DNA of 64,000 nucleotides from Eledone cirrhosa (Eukaryota): NCBI GenBank assembly GCA_964016885.1, contig OZ024741.1, positions 254,138,001 to 254,202,000 of the forward strand, read 5' to 3'. Shown piece by piece: positions 12,215 to 24,400 of this stretch (position 1 is its first letter; each line of letters starts with the position of its first letter). The notes under the pieces were generated by a model. It saw only the letters and a program-made list of their open reading frames with translations, ran no database searches and was not told where the DNA came from. The position numbers and the translations under genes were made by a program.

Positions 12215-14105
12215 TCATCATCATCATCATCACCATTTTACATCTGTTCTTCCATGCTAGCATGGGTTAGATGGGTTGCCCTGTTGTGGGCAGTGTCCAG
12301 TCGGCTGACATTGTCTTGCTCATACAGGAACTGATTCTGGCTTGATTTCTACAGCTGGATGCCCTTCCTAACACCAACCTCATTTACAGTGAGTGCTGCG
12401 TGATTTTTTTCTGTGGCACCTACACATCCACTTTACAGTGTAGGCTGGATGCTTTTTTGCCGTGGCCCCTCCATGACCACTTTGCAGTGGGAGGGTGTGG
12501 GGGCATATTGTCTGTATGCTTCAGCTTCAGCTTGTACCCGTGGGAAGTCGGGTCTTCTGTATTACTGGGTGATGCCAGAGGTCATGGTTGTGTGTCATCG
12601 CCCTTGAGAGGTGCAATTGGGTAAGGTCGGCTTTTATCACCTCATTCCAGGTCTTCTTGGGTCTCCCCACTCCGCGGCTTCTGTCGACTGCTAGTGCTCT
12701 GCACCTTTTTATGCAGCTATCATCCTTCATATGCATTACATGTCCATACCAACACAACCTCCTCTGCTGCACGCAGAATTTGATTCCTCTTATGCTTTGC
12801 CGTTCGCGTATACTACTATTACACATCCATCGGAGCATGCAGGCTTCGTTTCTTTCTAATCTACGCAAGTCTTTTACAGACAGCGCCCAGGTCTCACTAC
12901 CATGCAACATTGCTGTTCGGATACACGCATCATACAGTCTGCCTTTCATTTTGAGGGAAAAGCCTTTTGCAGCTAGCAGTGGCAGTAGCTCCCTGAACAT
13001 CTTCCATCCCGTTCTTATCCTAGTTATTATACTTTCCGAACACCCACCTCTACTGCTAATTTGGTCACCTAGGTAGCAGAAGCTGTCTACTGTTTCTACA
13101 GAGCCCTCCCAGAGATTGGTGGTGCTTGTTTCCTGTGGCCGTTTGCTGCTGGCTATCCCGGTGCAGCTGTTACATATAAAGCCTACATTCTTAGTTAAGC
13201 TTCCTGAGATCCCGCTACTTCTCTTGTGTACCAATTGTTTGCATTTGGGGCAGAGGATGGAGTTCAAAGCCATTTCCCTGAGGGGATCTGGGTTCTATTT
13301 TCTCATCTACTTACAAGGACCTTAGTCTTTGTCAGGTTGACTTTGAGACCCTTTCTATCTCGTCCCTACTTCCATGTTTGGAATTTCTTCTCTAGTTCCA
13401 CCATAGATTCAGTTAAAAGTGTGAGATCATCCGCATGCAGGAGTTCCCATGGGCATCCGGTCTTAAACTCCTCCGTTATTGCCTGCAAAACTATAAAGAA
13501 CAGGAGAGGGCTAAGAACAGATCCCTGGTGGACACCGACTTGTATGCTAAATTCCTCACTATAGTCATTGCTAACCCTAACTTTGCTGACTGCTCCTCTA
13601 TACATGGTTTGTACAGCTTTCACAAGCCATTCATCTACTCTTAATTTTCTTAGAGCCCACCACATTATAGCACGGGGCACTCTGTCGAAGGTTTTTTCCA
13701 GATCGACGAATGCCAGGTAGAGCGACTTACTTTTAGCTAGGTACTTTTTCTGTAACTGCCTCACAAGGAAGAGGGCATCAGTGGTGTCTTTTCTTGGCAC
13801 AAACCCAAATTGCATCTCACCTAGTTTTACCTGGTCCCTAATCAACTGTGATATAACTCTTTCCGTTACTTTCATGACCTGGTCCATCAGCTTCATACAT
13901 CTATAGTTTCCTCTATCTAGTGCATCACCTTTACCCTTGTAGCAGTTGACAATGATGTTGCTGCACCAATCCTTTAGTATGACACCCTCTAACATTACCT
14001 GGTTAACAATATGTGTGGTTATGGTGTGATCTACCGACCCAGATGCCTTCAGCATCTCGGCAGCTATACCCAATGGACCAGTTGCCTTTCCCGTCTTCAT
14101 ATCTT
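12215..14105 (-). mobile_element. 5'-truncated RTE LINE with RT core (frameshifted)
   Basis: ORFs 13366-14100 and 12527-13273: YKGKGDAL..NYR, QFGF, FVDLEK.FDRVP, GVHQGSVLSPLLF, LLHADDL; 3' UTR ends in (GAT)n. Confidence 0.95.
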
Positions 14106-14334
14106 TGATTAATCATATGAGAGTCTTGCTACGAATTTTTTAAAAGCCACGATCATGTCACTGTTATCTGTTAATGTTACTTCTAATTACCTCCCTTTAA
14201 CTTGTCAAGTTTGCACTATGCACACATGAGCATCTCCAGCTAGTATTTCCAAATTTCCTTTTATATGACACTTTGGCATATTAAAAAAAAAAGGACACAT
14301 TGAATTAGGTAGTCCTAGATATACTAAGAAGGCA

Positions 14335-14572
14335 TGTGGCCTGGTGTTGGACTTACGATCACAATATCATTGATTCCTGGGCTGGGTTGTGTGTTGTGTT
14401 CTTGAGCAAAACACTTCATTTCATGTTGCTCCACTATACTCAGCTAAAAATGAGTACCAGCAATAGCTGGAGGTTAACCCTGCGATGGACTGGTGCCCTC
14501 TCTAGAGGGCAGTCTTGTATTATCAGTCACTTTACGCCATGAAACTGAGATAAGCACTGGCGTAATGAGCCT
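14335..14572 (+). mobile_element. Second SINE family (tRNA-like head); copies at about 17680-17885 (+), 18180-18310 (-) and 16420-16710 (-)
   Basis: Shared TGTTGTGTTCTTGAGCAAAACACTTCATTTCA.GTTGCTCCA..ACTCAGCT.AAAATGAGTA core. Confidence 0.8.
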
Positions 14573-14582
14573 TCTGGTTTAA

Positions 14583-14791
14583 CCCTTTAGCATTTAAACT
14601 GTCTGTATCAGGCTACGCTCTTTCTGTTTAAACTGGTCATAACCGGCTGCTCGTATTTATGTTAAGGTATTGTTCTCAAAATAAATAATATCAAAATCTC
14701 ATAGATTCGATATTATGTGAGATAATTATGTAAGATGAAGTGTTAACTGAAAATACAATAGTAAATATAGAGTAATGTAAATGCTAAAGGG
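14583..14791. mobile_element. piggyBac-type MITE
   Basis: TTAA|CCCTTTAGCATTTA...TAAATGCTAAAGGG|TTAA: CCC/GGG termini with TTAA target duplication. Confidence 0.85.
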
Positions 14792-15089
14792 TTAAGACAA
14801 ACTTATTATAGATATACTGTGCCTGAAAAATCCCCCTAAAACATCTGGATGGTTTCTGTTGAAATGCCATTGTTCAGGACTGAACTGGAACTAAACTATA
14901 ACTAAGATATTGTACATTATTAATCTCATTAACATGTCCCTTCTTGTCTAGATAATTCACGAAGGTTTATAGAGATTGACTCCCCACCCTACAACACTCA
15001 ACTACTAACCTCACTGCTACATCACCCCACCCTCTTAGATGGAAGGGTTTCTCATCATATTAATGAATTTATTGTTGATACTTTTACAG

Positions 15090-15134
15090 TGCAGGATTCA
15101 CGTAATATGTTCCATGAAAAACGTGCATTAAACG
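15090..15134 (+). CDS. Gene A exon 4 (45 nt): (V)QDSRNMFHEKRALN, contains KR convertase site
   Basis: cttttacAG acceptor, G|GTAAGT donor, phase 1-1; open in the phase-1 frame, phase-2 frame hits TAA. Confidence 0.7.
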
Positions 15135-17215
15135 GTAAGTGCTACTACTACTACTACTTCTACTGTTGCTGCAGCTGCTACTACTACTACTAGTACTACT
15201 ACTGTCACTACTACTACTACTATTGCCACTGTCACCCCCATCCTGCACACACACATCCAGTGCCGAGGACAACTGGGAAAAGCGTCTTGACTTAGGTTGA
15301 CTGTTGCTTTTTGTGGAGGGTTTTTCCACAAGCAGCCTTTGGAAGTTTTCCTCTATTGAGAAATTTTTTTTTGTTTCATTTTATTCTTACCTGTTTCATT
15401 TGTTTTGGATTGACGGAATTGTTAAAACATCAAACAAATGCTTTCTCTTATTTATTCTGGCTCTTTATGTTCTGTGTTCAAATCTCTGCAGGGTCTATAA
15501 AATAAAGTAACAGTAGTGCACTGGAGCCGATTTAATCAACCCCACACCACCCTAAAACAAAAAAATAAATTGTTGTCCTTGTGCTTAAATATGAAGCCAT
15601 TATTATTATTGGTAGAGGGTGGTGGATTGGCAGTATCGGTAGAGAGTCGGACGCCATGCTTTGCAGCATAGAGTTACGGCTCTTTATGATCTGAGCTCAA
15701 AACCCGCCGAGGTTAACTTTGCCTTTCATCCTTATGGGGTCGATAAAATAAAGTACCAGTCACGCACTGGGGTCGATTTAATCGACTTTCCCCTCCCCCC
15801 AAATTACTGTGCCTATATAAGAAACCATTATTATTATGGCAGAATTGGTAGAGGGTTGGTCATGCTTTCCAGCATAGTTACGTCCCTTTACGATCTGAGT
15901 TCAAATCCCGCCAAGGTTAACTTTGCCTTTCATCCTTACGAGGTCGATAAAATAAAGTACCAGTAATTGCTGGCCTTGTGCCGAAAGTAGAAACAATTAT
16001 GCTTTGTGGCATCCTTTCAAGGTTGATAAAAAAATTACCGGTCCAATACTGTGGTTGATTCTTCTCCTACATCACTTTGTCACTTCCTCTCTCTAACTCT
16101 CCTTCCTTCTGTGTAAGAAATTGGCTGTGTTCAGACATGGAGAGGAGAGGGGCTTTGCTAGATTTAAAATGTTCAAAATACACTGTATGTCATGATGGCA
16201 ACCTTATGTCTCCACTAGGAATTATGTGTCCATACATATATAGGTACTTATTAGAAATCTTGTTAGGTCATTCTATACGTCAAATCTTTCTAAATCATCT
16301 GTTACAGCATAGCTATGTGGTTAAGGAGTTTGCTTTACATCCATGTAGCTTGAGATTCAGTTCCATTGTGTGACATCTTAGGCAAATATGTTAGACATCT
16401 GTCAGTTCCAACAACAAATGTTCCAGTTGTCTGATCAACGGAACAATCTGATTGCAAAATTAGCATGAAATTAGCTGAGCATTCCATAGAAACATGTACT
16501 CTTAACATAGTTTTCAGAAAGATTCAGCATGACATAGTTTGTGACAAGGCTGGTCATTTGAATTACAGGTACAACTTCTTTTTGCCAGCTGAATAGACTG
16601 AAACAATGTGAAATAAAATGTCTTTCTCGAGGACACAGCACACCACCAACAATTGAACACACAACCTTAGGATCATGAGCTAAACACTATCCACTAAGCA
16701 TGCACCTTAATATTGTTAACATTATACTACACCACCATAGTGTGATGGATTGGCAGAATTCTTAGAGTGTCAAAGAATGTTTGACAGTATTTGTTTCAGT
16801 TCTATTAATTTCTGAGTTCAGATCCCACTGAGGTCAACGTTGTCTTTCATCTTTCTGAGATCAATAAAATAAAATACCAGTCAGGTACTAAGATCAATAC
16901 AACTGACTTTCCCTTCCCCACAAAATTGTAGGCTAGCGTCAGAATTAGAAATTATTATTTAGGGTGGGGGATTGGTAGAATTTGTAGAAAGCACTGGACA
17001 AAGGTTTAACACTATTTGTTTGGCTCTCTATGTTCTGAGTTCAAATCCTTCCAAGGTTGATGAAATAAAGTACTAGTCAGATACTGGGGTTGATGTAACC
17101 CACTTTCCCCTCCCTTATCCTAAAATTCTTGGCTTTGTGCCAATGTTAGAAACCACTACACTCCCATAAGACATCCTGATGGTGTTGTTGTAACTATGAA
17201 TGTTATTTTTTTCAG

Positions 17216-17286
17216 CAGACCCACCTGCAGGAGGAAACGGACACATTTCAAACAAATTAATGATGAAGGAGATGACTATGGATTAA
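17216..17286 (+). CDS. Gene A last coding exon: (A)DPPAGGNGHISNKLMMKEMTMD*
   Basis: T-rich tract then CAGCAG (NAGNAG) acceptor; TAA at 17284-17286; AATAAA at 17570-17575. Confidence 0.7.
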
Positions 17287-17569
17287 CACCAACACATCCT
17301 CTCTCAAATGTCCATTGCAGATATTGATGGAGAAATACATAGGAAAAATTTAAAACCCTGGAGTCCTTCAGAGCTTTCTAGATTTCCTCTACTCTTAAGG
17401 ATCTTATTATTATGTTTCTGCATATAACTTCTAAGAATCTCAATGAAATGTTCTAGATGTTTTCCACACGGAAACCTTCAAGCTTAGATTTCATGGAAAA
17501 TTCCAGTTGTCCAAAAGTTGGAATATTCTGGATTCTTCTAGTTTGGTATTATAAACTGCAATATTCCTC

Positions 17570-17575
17570 AATAAA
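17570..17575 (+). terminator. Polyadenylation signal of gene A
   Basis: AATAAA about 285 nt after the stop, followed by T-rich sequence. Confidence 0.6.
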
Positions 17576-19459
17576 ATCTAACTGCTAATGACTCATGTTT
17601 TTATCTTCAAATATTTGTTATATTATTCATTCTACCAACACTCTTACCACTAGGCCATGTGCCTCCATATGATCATAATGTCATGGGTTCGATTTCTGGG
17701 CTGGGTTGCGTGTTGTGTTCTTGAGCAAAACACTTCATTTCACGTTGCTCCAGCATACTCAGCTGAAAATGAGTATCAGCAATAGCTGAGGGCTTAACCC
17801 TGCAATAGATTGATGTCCTGTCCAGGGGTGAGTCTTGTACTCTCAGTCACTTCATGCCATGGAAACCGGGATAAGCACCAGCCTGATTTATGTATGTATG
17901 TATGTCCAATCTAATCTGGCCGAGTTTACACTTACAAATAAGAAGAACCAGGGCTGCCCCTAGGAGCACTGGATTTGGTGTACTTCATATTTGTTTAGGT
18001 TCCTGAATACAATCAGGGGTCTCTGCTTCTCCTGAAGGTCAATAGTTCTCTTCTAACTCAAGCGGGAGTGCCTTTCCATTGATCATCTGCAAAGCCGCAT
18101 TGTTCTCAGAACCACTACACCAGACTTTCGATGCGTGCAGCTGGAACTACTGCCACCCAATGATTTGGCAGGATCGCAACTCATTTCTACAGCTGAGTAA
18201 ACTGGAGTGAAATAAAGTGTCTTGCTCAAGGACACAACACATCACCCGGTCCAAGAATCGAACTCACAACCTTTTGATTGCAAGGCCAATGCTCTAACCT
18301 CTAAGCCATGCACTTTCATGTGTGTACAGATGTATGTTATGTATGTAAGTATGTATGTATGCATGTATGGAATAGAGTTACGGCCCTTTACTTTCTGAGT
18401 TCAAGTCCTACCGAGGTTAGCTTGGTCTTCCATCCTCACAGGGTCGATAAAATAAAGCACCAGTAATGTACTGGGATCAATTTAATCGACTTTCTCCCTT
18501 GTCTTTAAATTGCTGGCCTTGAGCCAATATATATGCATGTACGTATGTATGTATATATGTATCATATCTATATGTTTGTAAGTATGTATGTAGATAAATA
18601 AGACCATTATTATTCCAATCGGGAACACCTTAAATTGAATGTCAGCCTGTACACATGACTCCTGCCGAACCAAATTAAACTCAGCCTCCAAATTTGGCAA
18701 ATCAAACGTGGACCACCCATCTTCTCAAACTCAACATACGTAACCAGCCACCTGATGGAGAAGACAGATGTTATCAAGCTGCAGCTGTCATATTTTGTAG
18801 TTTCTATATAATAAAGCCAAATCTATTAATACCTGCAGTGACTATGACCCATTACCTAATAGGCCATGCTCCACATCCTTCTGTCGTCTTATGATTTTAA
18901 ACCCTTAAACTATCTATTTACATGATTTGATGCCCCACATCGGGAAGTCTAGTTTGTACAACACAACATCCCCTCTTCTTCTTCCCCTTCTTTGACCACT
19001 TATTCCTGAGAGGCAGAGTGCTCAAACGCACACATGGACACATACACACACATACCCTCACACACATACACAAACACACAGACAGACACATATACAGGTG
19101 CACACTTACACACACACATACAGACACACTGATACACACATTAATAACATGCACATGGACACACACACACACACACACACACATACACACACACCAACAC
19201 ACACGTACAGGCATATAGACACAGATACAAGCACAAACTCTGATAGACGCTCAGAAACAATATACACAGATACAAACGCACATACACATACTCACACACA
19301 GACATCAACAGACACAAACAGACACCCTCACATACACATTTTCACAGATGCAGACAGACACTAACTGACAGATACACACACACACACACATACACACACT
19401 CACACACACAGATAAATAAGAGATCGAAAGTCCAAAGTTAGCTTGTTGAAAAATTAATA

Positions 19460-19465
19460 TTTATT
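19460..19465 (-). terminator. Polyadenylation signal of gene B
   Basis: TTTATT on + (AATAAA on -), about 130 nt after the stop. Confidence 0.6.
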
Positions 19466-19592
19466 CAATCTTCGTAATAATGAAATGTGAAGAAGTGAAG
19501 AAGTGGTTGTCAACACAATCACCTGCTCCTATAAGAACACCATTTAAGATGCTGTTGCCTCCATGACACTTTAATATTGGTTAACATAGTCA

Positions 19593-19618
19593 TCAACTTG
19601 AAGGTTGGGAATGTTCAT
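19593..19618 (-). CDS. Gene B last coding exon: (D)EHSQPSS*
   Basis: ttttttctttgtattctttcAG acceptor; tandem TGA TGA; AATAAA downstream. Confidence 0.75.
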
Positions 19619-19769
19619 CTGAAAGAATACAAAGAAAAAACATGAGGAAGGAGAGAAAGGGAGATATTCATAAGTTTCTTTTTGGAGAAAGAAAGTCTAG
19701 CATGATATTTAGGATTAATGGGTCCCTCTGGAAATATCATGACTGAAAAGCAGATTGTACGATGCTTTT

Positions 19770-21130
19770 GTATGAACAGCGATGCTGCATGGAAATGAGA
19801 TATGGACACTGTGGGCAGAGGATCTTTGAAGATTGGAAAGAAATGAAGCTTGTATACTTTGACAGATGTGTAATAGTAGTGGGCATGAATGATGAGGTGT
19901 AAATGAACTAAGAGAAAAATTGGGTATAAGAGAAATCAAATGCAGTATGCAGAAAAGAAGATGGTAATGGTACGGACATGTGATGCATAGTATGGAGGAT
20001 GACAAATGTATAAAAAGGTGCAGGGTGCTCAAAAGTGATGGAAGCTATGGAAGAGGAAGAGATGGAAAAATTTAGGATGAAGTGATATAAGCTGACCTTG
20101 CACAATTAACCCTCTCAAAGAAGATGACACAAGATTGGGTTCTCTCATGTTATGCTGTACTGCAGAAGACCTGCCTTCCCATGTGCACAGGAAGGAAAAC
20201 CATGTAGAGTACACTAGCCTGCAACTAGCATTTCCCTCCTCCTCCCTCATTTACCTTCCCTAGTGTTGATATCCTCACCCACACCAACTAAATACTCTAC
20301 TCACCTCATCCATGCCCAACTTGTATATGCCATCCCCTTCCCACTATACACACACCTATGATATCTCTCTCATTACACTCAACCCTTACATAGAAGCGTG
20401 GAAAGTTGTATATGCTCCAAAATCTGCCCCCCCCTTCCATAATGCTGCTGCTGCTGCTATGACAAAACACACTTTGTCTACACCTCCTACATTTTAACAC
20501 TCCACCCATCATCAGCTAAGTGCCCCATATTAGACCTACCTCTCAAATCCCCAACCTGCATATATGTACCACACCCTCATCTTCACACCGTCCACATCCG
20601 ATACACCTCACTTGTACAACCCATGCAGACAAGCACGGAAAGATGGACAAGCTAACCAAGAATGCTGTTGAAATTGTTAAAAGCTTCCAGCCCACCCTGT
20701 AAAGTGGTGTCATGTTGGTGACACAACAAAAGACCCTAGTCCACCATGTAAGGTGCTCATGCTGGTGAAAGAGCACTCTGAATGTTAGTTGTATTGGTAA
20801 CAGGACAAAAAGCACCCAGTCCACCCTGTAAAGTGGTTGTGTTGGTGACGTGAAATAAGCACACAGTCCACCCTGTGAAGCAGTCCTGTTGGTAACAGGG
20901 CAAAAAGCACCCAGTCCAACCTGACATTTTGGTATCATGATAAAAAGCGCCTAGTCCATGCAGTAAATGGGATTGGTATTAGAAAGGGCCTGCAGCCATA
21001 GAAACTAATCCAGAAACAGTTCTGTATGAGCAAGACTTGATCATTTGACCTGACTTGACTGACAATGGGAAAATTCGTCTAATTCATGCTAGCATGGAAA
21101 AATGGACATTAAACAGTGTTGATGATGATG
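19770..21130 (+). mobile_element. Decayed RTE LINE 3' part with 3' UTR and tail
   Basis: Homologous to the other RTE copies (LERNEA, WYGHVM, KADLAQL); UTR has repeated CCAGTCCAC.CTGTAAAGTGG units. Confidence 0.85.
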
Positions 21131-21429
21131 TAAGAGTTCATAGTAAGCACTAGTATATTGTTTCATAGCTATACTACATTTATACATACTGTATCTATCT
21201 ATCCAGTCAACATCTACACAGCAACTATCTAACCATTTACACACTCTATTTGTCCATGTATCCCATCAATATCTACACACTGTCCATCTATCCAGTCAAC
21301 ATCTACACACTCTGTCAATTTATTTCGTCAATATTTAAACACTGCCCGTCTATCCAGTCAACAGCTACACATTCTGTCTATTTACCCTGTCAATATTTAC
21401 ATACTCTGTCTATTTATTCTATCAATATC

Positions 21430-24400
21430 TACACACTGTGTCTATCCAGTCAACAGCCACACAGTCACTATCTATACTGTCAACATCTAAACACTGTGTC
21501 TATCCAGTCAACAGCCACACAGTCACTATCTATACTGTCAACATCTACACACTGTGTCTATCCAGTCAACAGCCACACAGTCACTATCTATACTGTCAAC
21601 ATCTAAACACTGTGTCTATCCAGTCAACAGCCACACAGTCACTATCTATACTGTCAACATCTAAACACTGAGTCTATCCACTCAACAGCCACACAATGGC
21701 TATCTATACTCTCAACATCATCTAAACACTGTGTCTATCCAGTCAACAGCTACACAGTGGCTATTTATACTGTCAACATCTACACACTGTGTCTATCTAG
21801 TCAACAGCCACACAATGGCTATCTATACTGTCAACATCTACACACTGTGTCTATCCAGTCAACAGCCACACAAAGGCTATCTATACTGTCAACATCTACA
21901 CACTGTGTCTATCCAGTCAACAGCCACACAGTCACTATCTATACTGTCAACATCTAAACACTGAGTCTATCCAGTCAACAGCTACACAGTGGCTATCTAT
22001 ACTGTCAACATCTAAACACTGTGTCTATCCAGTCAACAGCTACGCAGTGGCTATCTATACTGTCAACATCTACACACTGTGTCTATCTAGTCAACAGCTA
22101 CGCAATGGCTATCTATACTGTCAACATCTACACAATGTGTCTATCCAGTCAACAGCTACACAGTCACTATCTATACTGTCAACATCTACACACTGTGTCT
22201 ATCTAGTCAACAGCTACGCAGTGGCTATCTATACTGTCAACATCTACACACTGTGTCTATCCAGTCAACAGCTACACAATGGCTATCTATACTGTCAACA
22301 TCTAAACACTGTGTCTATCCAGTCAACAGCCACACAATGGCTATCTATACTGTCAACATCTAAACACTGTGTCTATCCAGTCAACAGCCACACAGTCACT
22401 ATCTATACTGTCAACATCTAAACACTGAGTCTATCCAGTCAACAGCTACACAGTGGCTATCTATACTGTCAACATCTAAACACTGTGTCTATCCAGTCAA
22501 CAGCCACACAATGGCTATCTATACTGTCAACATCTACACACTGTGTCTATCCAGTCAACAGCTACACAGTGGCTATCTATACTATCAACATGTAAACACT
22601 GTGTCTATCCAGTCAACAGCTACACAGTGGCTATCTATACTGTCAACATCTACACAATGTGTCTATCCAGTCAACAGCTACACAGTCACTATCTATACTG
22701 TCAACATCTACACACTGTGTCTATCCAGTCAACAGCTACACAGTGGCTATCTATACTGTCAACATCTACACACTGTGCCTATCCAGTCAACAGCTACACA
22801 GTCACTATCTATACTGTCAACATCTAAACACTGTGTCTATCTAGTCAACAGCTACACAGTGGGTATCTATACTGTCAACATCTAAACACTGTGTCTATCC
22901 AGTCAACAGCTACACAGTGGCTATCTATACTGTCAACATCTACACACTGTGTCTATCCAGTCAACAGCTACACAGTGGCTATCTATACTGTCAACATCTA
23001 CACACTGTGTCTATCCAGTCAACAGCTACACAGTGGCTATCTATACTGTCAACATCTAAACACTGTGTCTATCCAGTCAACAGCTACACAGTCGCTATCT
23101 ATACTGTCAACATCTACACACTGTGTCTATCTAGTCAACAGCCACACAGTCACTATCTATACTGTCAACATCTACACACTGTGTCTATCCAGTCAACAGC
23201 TACACAGTCACTATCTATACTGTCAACATCTACACACTGTGTCTATCCAGTCAACAGCTACACAGTGGCGATCTATACTGTCAACATCTACACACTGTGT
23301 CTATCCAGTCAACAGCCACACAGTGGCTATCTATACTGTCAACATCTACACACTTTGTCTATCCAGTCAACAGCTACACAGTCACTATCTATACTGTCAA
23401 CATGTAAACACTGTGTCTATCCAGTCAACAGCTACACAGTCACTATCTATACTGTCAACATCTACACCCTGTGTCTATCTAGTCAACAGCCACACAGTGG
23501 CTATCTATACTGTCAACATCTACAAACTGTGTCTATCCAGTCAACAACCACACAGTGGCTATCTATACTGTCAACATCTACACACTGTGTCTATCCAGTC
23601 AACAGCTACACAGTGGCTATCTATACTGTCAACATCTACACACTGTGTCTATCCAGTCAACAGCCACACAGTCACTATCTATACTGTCAACATCTACACA
23701 CTGTGTCTATCCAGTCAACAGCTACACAGTCATTATCTATACTGTCAACATCTACACACTGTGTCTATCCAGTCAACAGCCACACAGTCACTATCTATAC
23801 TGTCAACATGTAAACACTGTGTCTATCCAGTCAACAGCTACACAGTGGCTATCTATACTGTCAACATGTAAACAATGTGTCTATCCAGTCAACAGCTACA
23901 CAGTGGCTATCTATACTGTCAACATGTAAACACTGAGTCTATCCAGTCAACAGCTACGCAGTGGCTATCTATACTGTCAACATCTACACACTGTGTCTAT
24001 CCAGTCAACAGCCACACAGTCGCTATCTATACTGTCAACATGTAAACACTGTGTCTATCCAGTCAACAGCTACACAGTGGCTATCTATACTGTCAACATG
24101 TAAACACTGTGTCTATCCAGTCAACAGCTACACAGTGGCTATCTATACTGTCAACATGTAAACACTGTGTCTATCCAGTCAACAGCCACACAGTGGCTAT
24201 CTATACTGTCAACATCTACACACTGTGTCTATCCAGTCAACAGCTACACAGTGGCTATCTATACTGTCAACATCTACACACTGTGTCTATCCAGTCAACA
24301 GCCACACAGTGGCTATCTATACTGTCAACATCTACACACTGTGTCTATCCAGTCAACAGCTACACAGTGGCTATCTATACTGTCAACATCTACACACTGT

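Noticed and set aside
14952-14964. Possible extra gene A exon after ttcttgtctAG
   Set aside because: Donor GTTTAT is weak and 13 nt would put exon 4 into a frame with a stop.
17216-17286. Gene A as a tachykinin or eledoisin precursor (DPP...LM resemblance)
   Set aside because: No FxGLM-G-K/R motif; the similarity is superficial.
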